Shown here in pieces: positions 32,839-46,629 of a DNA stretch of 64,000 bases. The translations under genes were made by a program, and so were the position numbers. Source of the DNA: Flaccisagitta enflata (taxonomy: Eukaryota); assembly GCA_965153355.1 (NCBI GenBank), contig OZ231126.1:992001-1056000 (forward strand), read 5' to 3'. The notes beneath the pieces are model-generated. The model was not told where the DNA came from. It saw only the letters and a program-made list of their open reading frames with translations, and did no database searches. Within the stretch, counting starts at the first letter, position 1. The number at the start of each line of letters is the position of its first letter.

Positions 32839-35348
32839 GCAACAGCAACAACAACAGCAACAGCACAACAGCAGCAGCAGCAACCACAAGAGCTGCAACA
32901 ACGTCAACCGGTAAATCAGCCGCATGAACATCAACAACAGTGGAAAAATACTGCAGAGGAACATATGAATACCTGGTTCAGTGATCAAAGTGCGCATGGC
33001 CTTTTATCAGGCTGTTGCCCAAAATATATGCAACCAAAACATATTCGACCAAAAACGAAAGGTGTTAGGTTTCGTCATCGTCATCCTCGCTCTCATGTCG
33101 TCGTCATCGTCATCACCATCGTGGTAGACATGATCGTCGTCATCGTTACTTTGTAATGACATACGTCGTTTGCGCCACTCGCTCCAGGCGCCAGCCTGAC
33201 GAAGCGATAAATGGATGATTGAGTCGATTCTTTATAGCTTGCAATGGCGCATGATTTTCTGAAAATTATATAAACCAATGTGAAGGAAAAAGAGAATGAA
33301 AAAAAAAGGAGGAAGGGGGAAGAAATAAATGGTTAATGACTTGCAAAGTGCATACGTACAAGCTTGTTTCGATTTACCGCGCGCTCGAGGGTTCCCGAGA
33401 TTAACGCGGTCCTAGATCCCTTGACAGTTGCCGCCATAATTCTCTTTACTCATTTATCAACAATACTGGATCAGATACATGGCACAGTAAACCGTCATCA
33501 TTGGTGCAGACTGCAGAGTCAACAACAGCTAAACCTCTTCGGAGTCGAGAAATGCTCACAAGGGACCGACACTCCGACAGTTAAAATTTGAAGATTGAAA
33601 GCGACTGTCTTAATTTTGACGAGCTTGTCTCTCTCATGGTCCATCTTTTCTCTTATTTCGATGATCTTTTTTTGATCTTTCACTTTCTGGAACAATTGCC
33701 ATCTCAGCCCTCAACCTGCCCCTCCTCCCCTCTTCCCCCAAACCCCCCTACCTATCCGTCTTCCTTCCTACTTCATTTCCTCTTCTTCCAATTCAAAGGG
33801 AACCAACTTTTTTTTATTTCCCACGCTCATCTTTTTCTCTCTCTTTTTTTTCTCACCCGAAAAAGAAAAATATAGGATGAAAATGGTTGGTATCTATCTT
33901 TTCCCGTCGCCCTCATAATAAAATTGAGTCATTCGAGATTCCGATCTGTCTTGGCTTTCGCTCCATTTCTTCCATTCTTTTTTCACTAGCTATTTTGTAT
34001 TCTTCTTCTTTTTTTTCTTCTTCTTCTTCTTCTTCTTCTTCTTCTTCTTCTTCTTCTTCTTCTTTTTCTTCTTCTTCTTCTTCTTCTTCTTCTTCTTCTT
34101 CTTCTTCTTCTTCTTCTTCTTCTTCTTCTTCTTCTTCTTCATCTTCTTCTCCTTCTTCTTCTTCTTCTTCTTCTTCTTCTTCTTCTTCTTCTTCTTCTTC
34201 TTCTTCTTCTTCTTCTCTATTCTTTTTTATTCGTTTTTTTTTCCTCCCCCTCATTTCACACTTTTTTCTTCGGCTTCAATAATTTCTTTCCCTTTTTTCG
34301 GGTTGGAAAGTGAACTGAATCACCCCCAAAAGAAGGGGGGGGGGAAGTCGATGGGTAATGTGGAAGAATGGGCGGATGTTTTATGTAGAAAAATGTGGTG
34401 GAACGGGGTTGTAAGGAGTTGAAAGGAGGAAGAGAGTAGTGGTGAAATCAGAGAAATGAATACTAGGGGGAATAGAGAAAGTAAAGATGAAGGACATGTT
34501 AGACTTAAGGGAAATAATGGAATGGGGGAAGAAACAAAGGAAACGGAAATGGATTGGGAGATAAGGGGAATGGAAATGAATTAGGGCAAAAAAAGACGAG
34601 ATGCAAATGAGTATGAATTAGAGGAAACAAAAGAATGAATGGAAAGGAGATGAAAGCTGCGGTGAGAGAAAAGAAAAAAAGGAGGACTACTTGTCGAATG
34701 ATAAGGAATGGCACAAGTAGTACTAGTCAACTAGAATAGATGAATAACAAGTAACAGTTAACAAGTCGCTTGATTGTAAGACGAAGGCGCTGTGGAATCT
34801 TAACAATCACGTTCATATCAAAATGAAACTAGCTCTCTTACAGACAAGTGTCTTCCATGTGCAAAATGATATTAGGTAATAATTGTTGTTAGATCATTTC
34901 GTCTCAAGAGAAAATGAAAAGACTATCCATTTAGGTCTTTCAAGTTTATTAAAGCGTCACCAATCACTCTAAATCGGGCCAATTGAATGGGAGTCGCCTT
35001 TGCATTGGTTTATAATTGATTGTAATGGAACGATCGGACATTTTGAAATTGACACTCATATGAACGCATGCTGAATTTCTTCTTAAGTCCAATACAAAGA
35101 TGAATAAAGATGATAAACAAGATGAGGTCTAGGAGGGGGTCTAGCAGATGTCGCGTCTGTCGGTCGTTTTGTCATTGAAGATTCGTTGAACGAACCAGCC
35201 TTTTTGGCCTGCATGGCCTTGTTACTTATCGCTTATTCCTATTCATGGCAAAGAAACTGATTGTCGAGAGCTTCACGTTGATGAATCTCATTTACTAAAA
35301 AAAGAAAGAAAATGTCAGAAATGCCGGAAGTTGAATAAAACGCAGAAA

Positions 35349-35388
<40 letters not shown>

Positions 35389-36897
35389 GGGGCTTTAAAA
35401 GCAGTTCAAAAGATGGTATTTGATTACTTCAACGCTATTTTACACTATTTTGACCATTAGTGTATCATATACCATATACCAAAAGATCATACCATTATCT
35501 ACGCTCTATGGGGCAGAAAATGAAATGATTCTTTGGCCGTGGGTGGGGAAGGAAATCAAAGACCAGGGGCCAGGGGGGGATCAAAAGCCACTCAACTTAA
35601 TTTACCTCTGTTGTTTCTTCGTGATTCTATTTGGGGAACGCGTGGAACGCTACTATCTAGGAAAAAAGTTTGGAAACACTTAGGGTTGACCGTATGTTGT
35701 CACCCTCCTGTGCTCAAAATTTATGTAACTGATTGTTTTTGGTTATTTTTATAATTAGAACAAAAGAGAAAAACAATCTTCATTCTAATTTAGGGATGGC
35801 AAGTTTGGTTTGTTTATCACAACTAAGAGATGGTTATGGTAAAAATGGTAGATTTTGGTCAGTTTTGTTTGTATGGGCAATTGGGCTACTTCCCTTTGGA
35901 ACTCTGACTAAAAATCCATGGCAATGAAAAGGCGAAGCGATGAGTCTTTTAATCTTTAAATGATCTTTAAATGATCTCTAAATGATCTTAAAATGAGTCA
36001 TTAGATCTTGAATGATGGCGAAGAATTCTGATAATGTTTTCTTTTGGGAAGAAGAAGTCCATTGGGAAGAGAGAAGTCGAGGATGACGAGGAGGGAGGAT
36101 GAGGAGGACGAGGAATCGAGGAGAGAGGAGGAGGATGATGAGGAAGACGAGTCTTTGGAGCGACCCCAAAAATAACGAATTTAGCGAGATTTCCTGTAGA
36201 TGGATAAGAGGATAAACAAAATACGGCGCAATTACGAACACATACATACATACATACATACATACATACATACATACATACATACATACTTACATACTTA
36301 CATATATATATATGTACTTACATATATAGTATATATATATCATATTTGTACATATTGTGTTGCTTATATGCTAACAAAAAGAATATCGAAAAGGGCCTTT
36401 TGTTTTTCTAAAATGCTCACAGAGTTCTCTTCACATCTTCTCAATTCATGTAAGCCTTTCATCGCCTCGATTCCGTAGCTGCAAGGGCGTGACGTCATGA
36501 ACCCATAATGTTTTCCCCTTAGTTAAGATTAATGCTTTGTTGGAAAGATGTCAGCAATGTTTTTTGGAGAAAATATAAAAAAAACTACTTTTCTTTGTAT
36601 TGATACATGAGTAAATCGGTCAGGCTATGTGATGTTTTTCCTGAGTTCATGAACGTATAATTGCCAGTCCTTGCGAGGAGAGCTCTGATTGGTTAAGGTG
36701 GCACGTCAGGTGATCGCTGATTGGCTGGCATAACATGTCCTGAAAAGACCGAAGTCTAACATGATATGCTAAGCCGGATCAACAAGGCGCGGGGCCCTAA
36801 GCTAGGCTAGGGGTGCGGGGCCCCCTAACCCCCCTTCTTTACCCTCCCTCTTTGCCCCCCCCTTTACCAAATAACGCAAAATCAGTTGATTAAAATT

Positions 36898-37185
36898 TCA
36901 TCTAGCATGCGGAACTTTCTGTCTGCCTAAAAGTGACATGTTTAAAGAACTTAAAATAAATGAAACAACAAAATATGACATTTCCATTACAGTTAAGCAT
37001 ATCACCGTGGAAATCTTTAAAGCAAATATTCCTGCAAATTTTGCGATTATGTCATCAACATCAATTCTTCGTAAAAGTTCATGCTCGATAGACAAAAGAG
37101 TAAGATTGTTCAAACGATCTTTGCTGATAAATGTGCGTTTTAGTTTGGAGAAAGATCGTTCACCACTGGAATCGGTTACCATCAT
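36898..37185 (-). pseudogene. hAT transposase C-terminal dimerisation-domain remnant
   Basis: VTDSSGERSFSKLK...RLNNLTLLSIEHELL...DDIIAKFA matches the ERSFS hATC motif. Confidence 0.85.
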
Positions 37186-37348
37186 GGAAAGGTAGATGTG
37201 AAGATTGGGAAGTGGATTGGATCTCGTTCTGCCTCAAAAATATGTGATACTGATATTCTCGACTTTTTTTATCTTTTTTTCTCTTTCTTTCTTTCTTTTC
37301 CTTTTTTTCTTTCTTTCTTTCTTTTTCTTTCTTTCTTTCTCTTTTTGG

Positions 37349-40300
37349 CAGGGGTGTATATAGTTGAGCGGCTTTGGATTTTATTACCCCCCCTGCCTTT
37401 GATTTTCGAGATATATCGTGAGCGATTTACCCTGCGTTAATTAACGGCACTTTAACGCCTCTAATTAACAAAATTGTTAATAAAAGGCAAGTACCATTAG
37501 ATTAACATTAGTTTTTCTGCTGTTAATTAACATACTTAAAAAGCAGTTGTTAATTAACTTACTATAGGTACGAAGTCAACTAAAACATTTTTATTTTGAA
37601 AATTGCTAGTAGGTGCTGATAGTTGTTAATTATCCAGTGCCTATATGCTGTTAGTTAACATGCTGTTTTGATGTTAATTAACACCCCATTTCAAACGTTA
37701 ATTAACACAAAAAAATATAGATTATTAACAAATTGTTAAAAATATACCATTTTTTTGTTAATTAAGTTGGAATGTAATGTTAATTAACATGGCAACAGTT
37801 GATTAACAAAAAAAATATAGATTATTAACAAATTGATTGTGTACTTATACGCTGCTAATCAATATGCTGTTTTTGATGTTAATTAACACCACATTTCAAC
37901 TGTTAATTAACCCCAAAAAATAAAGATTGTTAAAAATATTCAATTTTTCTGAGTTAGTTGATGGGAGAAATGTGGTGTTAATTAACATCAAAAACAGTGT
38001 GTTAATTAACACAGAAAAGATATAGATTATTAACAAATTGATTTTGTACTAACACTCTGTTAATTAACATGCTGTTTTTGATGGTAATTAACACCCAATT
38101 TCATGCGTTAATTAACACAAAAAAAAATATAGATTATTAACAAAATATTAAGAATATACAATTTTTTGGTGTTAATTAACAGGTGAAATGTGGAATTAAT
38201 CAACATCAAAAACAAAGTGTTAATTAAACAGAAAAAATATAGATTATTAACAAATTGATTTTGTACCTATACGCTGTTAATTTACATGTTGTTTTTGATG
38301 TTAATTAACGCCACATTCCATGAGGTAATCAACACCAAAAAAATATAGATTATTAACAAATAGTAAAAAATATACCCTTTTTTTTTTTGTTAATTAACAG
38401 TTGAAATGTGGTGTTAATTAACATAAAAAACAGTGTGTTAATTAACACAGAAAAGATATAGATTATCAACAAATTGATTTTGTAGCTATACGCTGTTAAT
38501 TAGCACCACATTTCATGCGTTAATTAACACCAGAAAAATATAGATTATTAACAAATTGTAAAAAATATACCATTTTTTGGTGTTAATTAACAGTTGAAAT
38601 GTGGTGTTAATTAACATAAAAAACAGTGTGTTAATTAACACCGAAAAAATATAGATTATTAACAAATTGATTTTGTACCTAAACGCTGTTAATTAACATG
38701 CTGTTTTTGGTGTTAACTAACACAGCATTTCACCTGTTAGTTAACACCAAAAAATTGTATATTCTTAATATTTTGTTAATAATCTATATCTTTTTGTGTT
38801 AACGAACGCATGAAATTGGGTGTTAATTAACATAAAAACAGCATGTTAATTAACGGCGTGTTGGTACCAAATCAATTTGTAATAATCTTAATTTTTTCTG
38901 TTTTAATTAATAAGCTGTTTTTGATGGTAATTAACACCCAATTTCATGCGTTAATTAACACAAAAAGATTTAAATTATTAACAAAATATTAACAATATAA
39001 AATTTTTTTGTGTTTATTAACAGGTGAAATACGGTGTTAATTAACATCAAAAACAGCATGTTAATTAACAGCGTTTAGGTACAAAATCAATTTGTTAATA
39101 ATCTATATTTTTTCTCTGTTAATTAACACGCTGTTTTTTATGTTAATTAACACCACATTTCAACTGTTAATCAACACCAAAAAATGGTATATTTTTTACA
39201 ATTTGTTAATAATCTATATTTTTCTGGTGTTAATTACCGCATGAAATGTGGTATTAATCAACATCAAAAACAACATGTAAATTAACAGCGTATAGCTACA
39301 AAATCAATTTATTAATAATCTATATTTTTTTTGTGTAATCAACACGCTGTTTTTCATGGTAATTAACACCACATTTCATGAGTTAATTAACACAAAAAAA
39401 GGGTATATTTTTTACAATTTGTTAATTATCTATATCTTTTTGGTGTTAATTAACTCATGAAATGTGGCGTTAATTAACATAAAAAACAACATGTAAATTA
39501 ACAACGTATAGCTACAAAATCAATTTGTTAATAATCTATATTTTTTCTGTGTAAATTAACACATTGTTTTTTATGTTGATTAACTCCACATTTCACCTGT
39601 TAACACCAAAAAATTGTATATTCTTAATATTTTGTTAATAATCTATATTTTTTTTGTGTTAATTAACGCATGAAATTGGGTGTTAATTACCATCAAAAAC
39701 AGCATGTTAATTAACAGCGTGTAAGTACAAAATCAATTTGTTGATAATCTATATCATTTCTGTGTTAATTAACACGCTGTTTTTGATGTTAATTAACACC
39801 ACATTTCTCCTATTAACTAACACAAAAAAATCGAATATTTTTAACAATTTGTTAATAATCCATATTTTTTTGGGTTAATTAACAGTTGAAATGTGGTGTT
39901 AATTAACATCAAAAACAGCATGTTGATTAACAGCGTATAGGTACAAAATCAATTTGTTAATAATCTATATTTTTTTTGTGTTAATTAACCCGCTGTTTTT
40001 CATGTTAATTAACACCATATTCCAACCGTTAATTAACACCAAAAAATGGTATATTTTTAACAATTTGTTAATAATCTATATTTTTTTTGTGTTAATTAAC
40101 GCCTAAAATGGGGTGTTAATTAACATCAAAAACAGCATGTTAATTAACAGCATATAGGTACCTGATAATTAACAACAACCTTCAGCACCTATTTTCAGTA
40201 ATTTTCTCAAAAATAAAGAAATGTTTTTTTTAGTTAATTTCCTGGTACCTATATAGAGTTAATTAACGGCGTTAAAGTACTGTTAATTACCATGGCCAAA

Positions 40301-40593
40301 ATCAGGGACGATATACCAGTGATTTTCTTCCCCGCGACGCGTTGCGTCGCGTTACAAAATCTTTGTTTTTCTTCCCCTATGAGCTATAAAACAGAATATT
40401 TTAGGTTTAGATAGTGTTAAATTAAGTTGTAGTAATTGTATTTTGCCTTTTGGTACTACCAAAAAGGTTAGATCTTCTAAAATTCTCTCTTTTCTTTTTT
40501 TCAAACTTTTGATTTTCTTCCCCATCTCCAAACCTTTTGATTTTATTCCCCCCCCCCCACCAGGGGGGGAATACTCAACTTGATACACCCCTG
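37349..40593. mobile_element. hAT-type MITE interrupted by the foldback element
   Basis: TIRs CAGGGGTGTAT..AGTTGA / TCAACTTGATACACCCCTG; 8-bp TSD CTTTTTGG; another copy begins at 63795. Confidence 0.88.
37407..40319. mobile_element. Non-coding foldback-like DNA element, copy 2 (opposite orientation to copy 1)
   Basis: 7-bp TSD TGATTTT (37400-37406 and 40320-40326); same termini as 11459-14138. Confidence 0.88.
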
Positions 40594-41470
40594 CTTTTTG
40601 GGCAGCGGCCGGAGGGCCGTGACCTATGATTCCACATAGGGTAAATTTTCCGGTTTCCGTCCGTCCGTCCGTCCGTCCGTCTGTCTGTCCCCCCCCCCCG
40701 ACCCCAAAAAATAACCTCCTGGGCCTCAAAATAGGCCTTTCAGACCCCCAATCAGGCCTATCAGATCCCAAATCAGAGCTTCCAGACCCTTATCTAGGCC
40801 TCTCAGGACCTCAATCAGGCCTATCAGATCCCAAATCAGGCCTTCCAGACCTCGATTTAGGCCTCTCAGAGCCTCAATCAGGCCTGTCAGACCCAAAATC
40901 AGGCTTTCCAGACCTCAAATTAGGCCTCCTGAATCCTAACCAGGCCCCTAAGAACCCCAATCAGGCCTTTCAGATCTAAAATCAGGCCTTGACAGACCCC
41001 TTTTCAGGCCTTTTGAACCTCTGATCAGGCCATCCTGACCTCAAATCAGGCCTCTCAGACCCTAATTCAGGTATTTCAGTACTTAATTCAGTTCTCTCAG
41101 ATCCAAATCTGGCCTTTCAAACCCAAAATCAGAACTTTGAGACCTCAAACTAGGCCTATCAGACCCACATCAGCCCTTCCCAGCCTACAAACAGGCCTCT
41201 GACCCTGAATAAGACCCAAGATCAGGCCTCTAAGCTTCTGAAACTTCTCCGACCTCAAATCAGGCATCTTAGACCTTAAATCAGGCAACTAAGACCTCAA
41301 ATTAGGCTATTTACACCCAAAATTAGGTATCAAAGATCCAGCAATTGTCCAGCATGGAATCATAGGTCATCGGCCCCTCCAGGGCCGCTGCCCCACTCAT
41401 TATCTAATAGCAAAACAAACTAACATAGGGGCATCGGGTACCGCTGACCATGTAACGCTTTTGCGACTAT
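40594..41470 (+). mobile_element. Second HINE-like family element with a (TCAGGCCTCTCAGACCCYAAA)-type internal tandem array (relatives at ~29305-29835, 50313-50743, 62575-62835, and a 3' end at 53-135)
   Basis: TTTTGGGCAGCGGCC start, (GTCC)n tract, internal inverted GGCCGCTGCCC, GGTACCGCTGACCAT...GCTTTTGCGACT end. Confidence 0.65.
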
Positions 41471-41899
41471 TTTCTTTCCCCCTTTTCTTTTTTTCTTTTT
41501 TTTTCCAGGGGTGGGTGCTGCAGGCGCGGGGCCCCCCTGAGGCGCGGGGCCCTAAGCTATAGCTTTTTTAGCCTATTGGTTGATCCGGCATAGATGATAT
41601 GTGGGGAATTGTAGCATCCAATAGCATTGCTTTGGAGGGTCTAAGCAGCTAATCAGGAAATCTTAATCAGTATTGAAACTTAACGTCTGTGACTTAACAT
41701 TAAGTAAAACTGAATTTTCTTCAAGAGCTGCTCAAAAACTGTTACCTTACGAGGACATGAGAAATCAGATTTCTCTAGTTGAGGGATGATTTGAGTTGGG
41801 CTTTTCCTATGTGAAATGATTTACGATAGGCTCGATGAGTCATTTGACCCCAGTAAGCACGAGAAATCATGATGGTTTTAAAACACTGATCCTCCCCAT

Positions 41900-43365
41900 A
41901 TATACTCACATACATACTACATACATACATACTTACTTACATACATACTTACTTACATGCATACTTACATACTTACTTACATACTTACTTACATACATAC
42001 ATACTTACATACATACTTACATACTTACTTACAAATTTACAAAAAATACATACTTACATACTTACATACTTACATACTTACTTACTTACAAATTTACAAA
42101 AAATTTTGTAAAGGTATTTTACAAAATTTTTACAAAATATTAAGAATTTTTACAAAATGTTAAAAAAAGGTAAAAATGTTTATAAAAATATGTTAAAAAA
42201 ATTTTTAATGTTACAAATTTCAAAAAATATTAGAAAATGTTTAAAAATATTCAAGATGTTAGAAATGTTAGAAATGTTAAAAATGTTAGAAACGTTGAAA
42301 ATGTTAAAAATGTTATAAATGTTAAAAATATTAAATATGGTTAATGTTTACAGTGTTTAAAGTGTTTCATGTGACTAAAGTGCTTAAAATGCTTAAAATG
42401 TTTAAAATATCAAAAATGTTACAAATGTTAAAACTGTTGAAAATGTTGGAAATTTTAAAATGGTTTGAAATGTTAAAATATCGAAAATATTGAAAATGTT
42501 AAAAATGGTAAAAATGGTAAAATTGTTAAAAGTTTTTAAAAAGTTTAGAATGTTTAAAGTGTTTAAAATGTTAAAAAATGTATAAAAATGTTTAAATGTT
42601 ATTGATTTTGAAAATGTCAAAAAATGTTTAAAATGTTAAAAAATGTTAAAAAATGTAAAAAAATGTTAAAAATGTTAAAATGTTTAAATTATGTTAAAAA
42701 ATTTTTTAATGTTAGGAATTTCAAAAAATATTAGAAAATGATAAAAAATATTAAAGATGTTAGAAATGTTAAAAACGATAAAAATGTTATAAATATTAAA
42801 TATGTTAGAAATGTTAGAAAGATTAAAAATGTTTAAAGTGTTTAAAATGTTTAAAATTTTTAAAATGTTTAAAATGTTTAAAATGTTTAAAATGTTTAAA
42901 ATGTTTAAAATGTTTAAAATGTTTAAAATGTTTAAAATGTTTAAAATGTTTAAAATGGTAAAAATGGTAAAGATATTGTGTGTCCCAAAAAAAGTTACAT
43001 TCTGAACCAATAACGAGTGTCCAATAAAAAGTTGACAAAATACCCAAAATACCCAAAAATACCCAAAAATACCCAAAAATACCCAAAAAACATAAAAATA
43101 CCCGTAAATACTCAAAAATACTCAAAAGTACCCAAAAATATCTGAAAGTACCCTAAAATACCTTAAATACCTAAAAAAAATTAAGTATCCTAAAGTACCC
43201 TGAAGTACCCTAAAGTACCCTGAAATACCCTAGAGTACCTTAAAATACCTTAAAAAACCTTAAAAAGTCATAATTTTAACAATGTGACGGACGGACGGAC
43301 GGACGGACCTACCGACCGACCGACCAACACGGTAAGGTGTAGAGTCGCGTGCACGCGACTAAAAA
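41900..43365 (-). mobile_element. HINE-like element preceded by (TACA/TACT)n, (AAAATGTTT)n and (AAAATACCC)n arrays
   Basis: AGTCGCGTGCACGCGACTAAAAAA terminus at ~43343-43365; left boundary uncertain. Confidence 0.55.
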
Positions 43366-43610
43366 AGATGGTAAAACAGACAAAAAGACAGACAGACTGA
43401 TTGCTGGACATTTAAAGCCTAAGGGACGTTAGAGATTGAAATTGACAGATCATTTCCTTCCATGCACCTTAAAAGTGCAAAGGTTAATACATTTTCTCTC
43501 AGAAAAAAAAGGAAGAGAGAGAAGAAAACATACCAACACACTCTGAAAAATAAATGTTCTTGCATGGTAGCAATCTAATGAACAATTCATGAAGAAATCA
43601 AAATTCAGAG

Positions 43611-44463
43611 TTTATGAAAGTTGGACAACGTAACTACTCAAACCCTTACTAGCTTAAGGATGAGAGCCTTTGGAGCTCTCAATGGTGTTTAATCCGGACC
43701 CATCACAACTATCCTTAATAATTTCAAAATCATATCTTAGCTTATACCACAGAACATTCTAACGGGAACTCCCATCAAGACGAAAATTCCATGATTTTCC
43801 GCTGTTTGTGTAATGTGCTGGTGACAAGAAAGAGTATCAGATGAGTGTGCTGAATCGTGTCCCTCTATCCCTCACACCTATCTGATCTTCCCATTGTAAA
43901 AAGCTCATGACACCCACAACTTCCAATCAGTAATCTTCCCACCAAATAGAAAATCCCATCAAATTACTCCATGTCAACCCCTTAACTCTGAAATAAGTAG
44001 CAGTTATACTGAGATTAAGGATCAATATTAACCAAAGGATAATTTAATTACCAAAGGTAACATTGTCAGAAAAACATACCCTTAGAGGTAAGAATCGAGG
44101 ATCAACCATAAAGGGACCGCCGGCATTCCATACCAAGGTACTTATATTTATGAAAGTTGGACAACGTAACTACTCAAACCCTTACTAGCTTAAGGATGAG
44201 AGCCTTTGGAGCTCTCAATGGTGTTTAATCCGGACCCATCACAACTATCCTTAATAATTTCAAAATCATATCTTAGCTTATACCACAGAACATTTGAACG
44301 GGAACTCCCATCAGTACAAAAATTCCATGATTTTCCGCTGTTTGTGTAATGTGCTGGTGACAAGAAAGAGTATCAGATGAGTGTGCTGAATCGTGTCCCT
44401 CGATCCCTCACACCTATCGTATCTTCCCATTGTAAAAAGCTCATGACACCCACAACTTCCAAT
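43611..44463. repeat. 536-bp unit tandem repeat (~1.6 copies)
   Basis: TTTATGAAAGTTGGACAAC at 43611 and 44147 with near-identical following sequence. Confidence 0.9.
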
Positions 44464-45953
44464 ATGTTAGTTTTAGGCAAATACAGGGGGGTATAGGGGA
44501 GGTGGGTAAGAGAAGAAATGAAGATCTAGACACAGAATGTGAATGGCTGAGAAAGGAATGAAATTATTCAATCCTATATTAGGTATGATTAGGTCTCATC
44601 CCACTTATCCAAGAGTATATTAGCAAACAAGAGTATAGTTGCAAACAAGAGTATAGTTGCAAACAAGAGAATAATAGCAAACAAGAGTATAGTAGTAATA
44701 ATTATTTTACACTAAGTTATTGTCTGTTGGGACACCAAATTTGTTGGGCACTAGTTAGGTGGTGGAAGTCCCAAAAAATCCAGCTCTCCTACGCCGCTGA
44801 GTCTACTCCTGCCTAAATGATCAATTTTAGTAAAACTGTTGTAATTTTTGAATAAATGAAGCTAGTAACTCCAGAAACAGCTCAAATGACAGATTTTTCA
44901 AGGGCTTTCTCAATGTCATAGATATTGATAGGTTTTCTCTTGATTAAAACTTTTTATGAATGACAAAAGAAAGAGTTTTTTCATCACACAAATTTAGAAA
45001 ATGAGGGATCTTTTTTCCCTCTAATAATATCCATGTTTGAAAAGAGGGAAGTAAATAAAATCGGTGACCATCTGAAAGATCTTCAAAAGATCTTTCATTC
45101 TAGACCAATCCCAAATGAAAGCTCTTTTGAATATCTTTCAAATGATCTATGATATCAATTGATTTCCTGTACTGAAACGGAAAAAAATCAAATAAAAAAA
45201 GGTTCTTTTTTATATTTTTTGAAGAATTCACTGTTCATACACAGATTCTGACACCACATCTTCATTTTACAATAAAACCAAAAAGAATTAGTGTAAACTC
45301 ATGGGATTTGTGGCATTGGTTTCATTTGATGGTACTCTTTCCATATCTCACAAAGAAAATATCAAAAAGTAATTTTTTTCATGAGAAATATCTTATAGAA
45401 CTGCTGTTTCCTTTTTTATAATACGCAGTGTAAATGTTATGGTTTTATAAGTGCAGATGCAAAAAAGGTGAGAGGGAAGATAAAGACAAAGACAGAGAGG
45501 AGAGAAGGAAATATGGTACAACAAAAACGAACCTGAACAAGAACCAGAAGAGACAGGTGAAAGACAATGGAATGGAATGGAATAAAGTAGAATAGAATAG
45601 AACTTGATACTTTTTGTACTCTGAATTTATTGCATCAGCACTACAAAAAGCTAACAAATTGCGAACAATTTTGATGATTTCTTTTCACACTCCCTTCAAG
45701 AGAAAATAAAATTCTTCATTTGGGTATTACACATATGTATTTGCAGAAAGAAATCCACATAATATTTCGATAAGCTTTGGCTTACCATCATTCAGCTGTG
45801 AGACAGAATGAATCTCAGACAGAGAGACTGAACACATAGGCATCAAATAGAAGCCTTGGTCAGATGGAAATGACCAAAAACATCCATGAAAGGGAAGTAA
45901 TCCCCCCTCCCCTCTCCCCCAATAAAGGTGTCAGGGATAAATATAAACAATGG

Positions 45954-46172
45954 TTATGATGGATTATTGTTTCCCATCTTCTGACAAAGTTGAATCAGGA
46001 GAGGGTCCCATTGTTTGGTATAGATGCGTCTACCCTCATCCTCATTGAATCCGTTGCCTGGGCCCGTTTGATGGAGTTTGATCATGAGAGATTCCATATA
46101 GTCGAGTTTGAAGTCCGCTTGGCGTTTGGAGCGTGCGTTGACTCTGGTGAGGATGGTCGGGTTGTCGGGTTG
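45954..46172 (-). pseudogene. Penelope-like GIY-YIG endonuclease C-terminal remnant
   Basis: IL...MESLMIK...FNEDEG...WDPLL resembles the conserved E...I...N.D.G...W tail of PLE GIY-YIG domains. Confidence 0.55.
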
Positions 46173-46629
46173 TGTAATACCCAAATGAAGAATTCTATTT
46201 TCTCATCTAACTCACCATATGTGCAATGACTTTAAAGCAACACTCCCTTCAAGTCACCTTGTTTTGATTGATTGTACTGTATCTCCATTGATGAGCAGCA
46301 AATAACATTCGGTCTTTCTTTGCTCAACTTCTCTCCTACACCAATAGTACATGCTTAAATCTTTTCTTATTATTGCCATTTCTTACGTTTGTTAAAACCT
46401 GTCTATTCTCTACAGTCTACTCAGTGTTTCTTTGCAGTTTCTTAGGTCCAAATGATTGACTCTGCCACTCTTGTAAATTAGATGACGAGCTAGGATACTG
46501 ACCATAACGGGCATAAGACGTTGATGTCGGCTCATCACAAGTGAAACCGACTTTGGAAATGTCCAGTGAATATTCTTTCTGTCTCGTGCGGCACGAGTCG
46601 TCCTCTACATTTAATCCTTAACCCCTCGA

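Larger units (their letters stand above)
36769..41593 (-). mobile_element. hAT element (internally deleted) hosting nested insertions
   Basis: TIRs CTAAGCCGGATCAAC / GTTGATCCGGCATAG; 8-bp TSD ATGATATG; GCGCGGGGCCC subterminal motifs; transposase remnant inside. Confidence 0.9.

Noticed and set aside
32780-33156. Poly-Q-led open frame ending in a hydrophobic tail
   Set aside because: No recognisable domain or convincing splice sites, and it is largely (CAA/CAG)n and (CAT/CGT)n derived; it cannot be fully excluded.
35995-36200. Purine-rich acidic-looking stretch as a possible exon
   Set aside because: Stops interrupt the plausible frames and there is no clear donor site.
44080-44130. Minus-strand GCCGGC-GGTCCC...TCCTCG resembling the HDV ribozyme 5' half
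   Set aside because: The complementary P1' and P2' strands are not present at a suitable distance downstream.
45786-45827. Apparent minus-strand mini-exon (SLSEIHSVSQLND) as a continuation of the iGluR-like gene
   Set aside because: The same sequence recurs at ~28610-28655 as part of an interspersed repeat.
45900-46600. Hammerhead ribozyme near the Penelope remnant
   Set aside because: No CUGANGA...GAAA core with flanking stems was found on either strand by eye.
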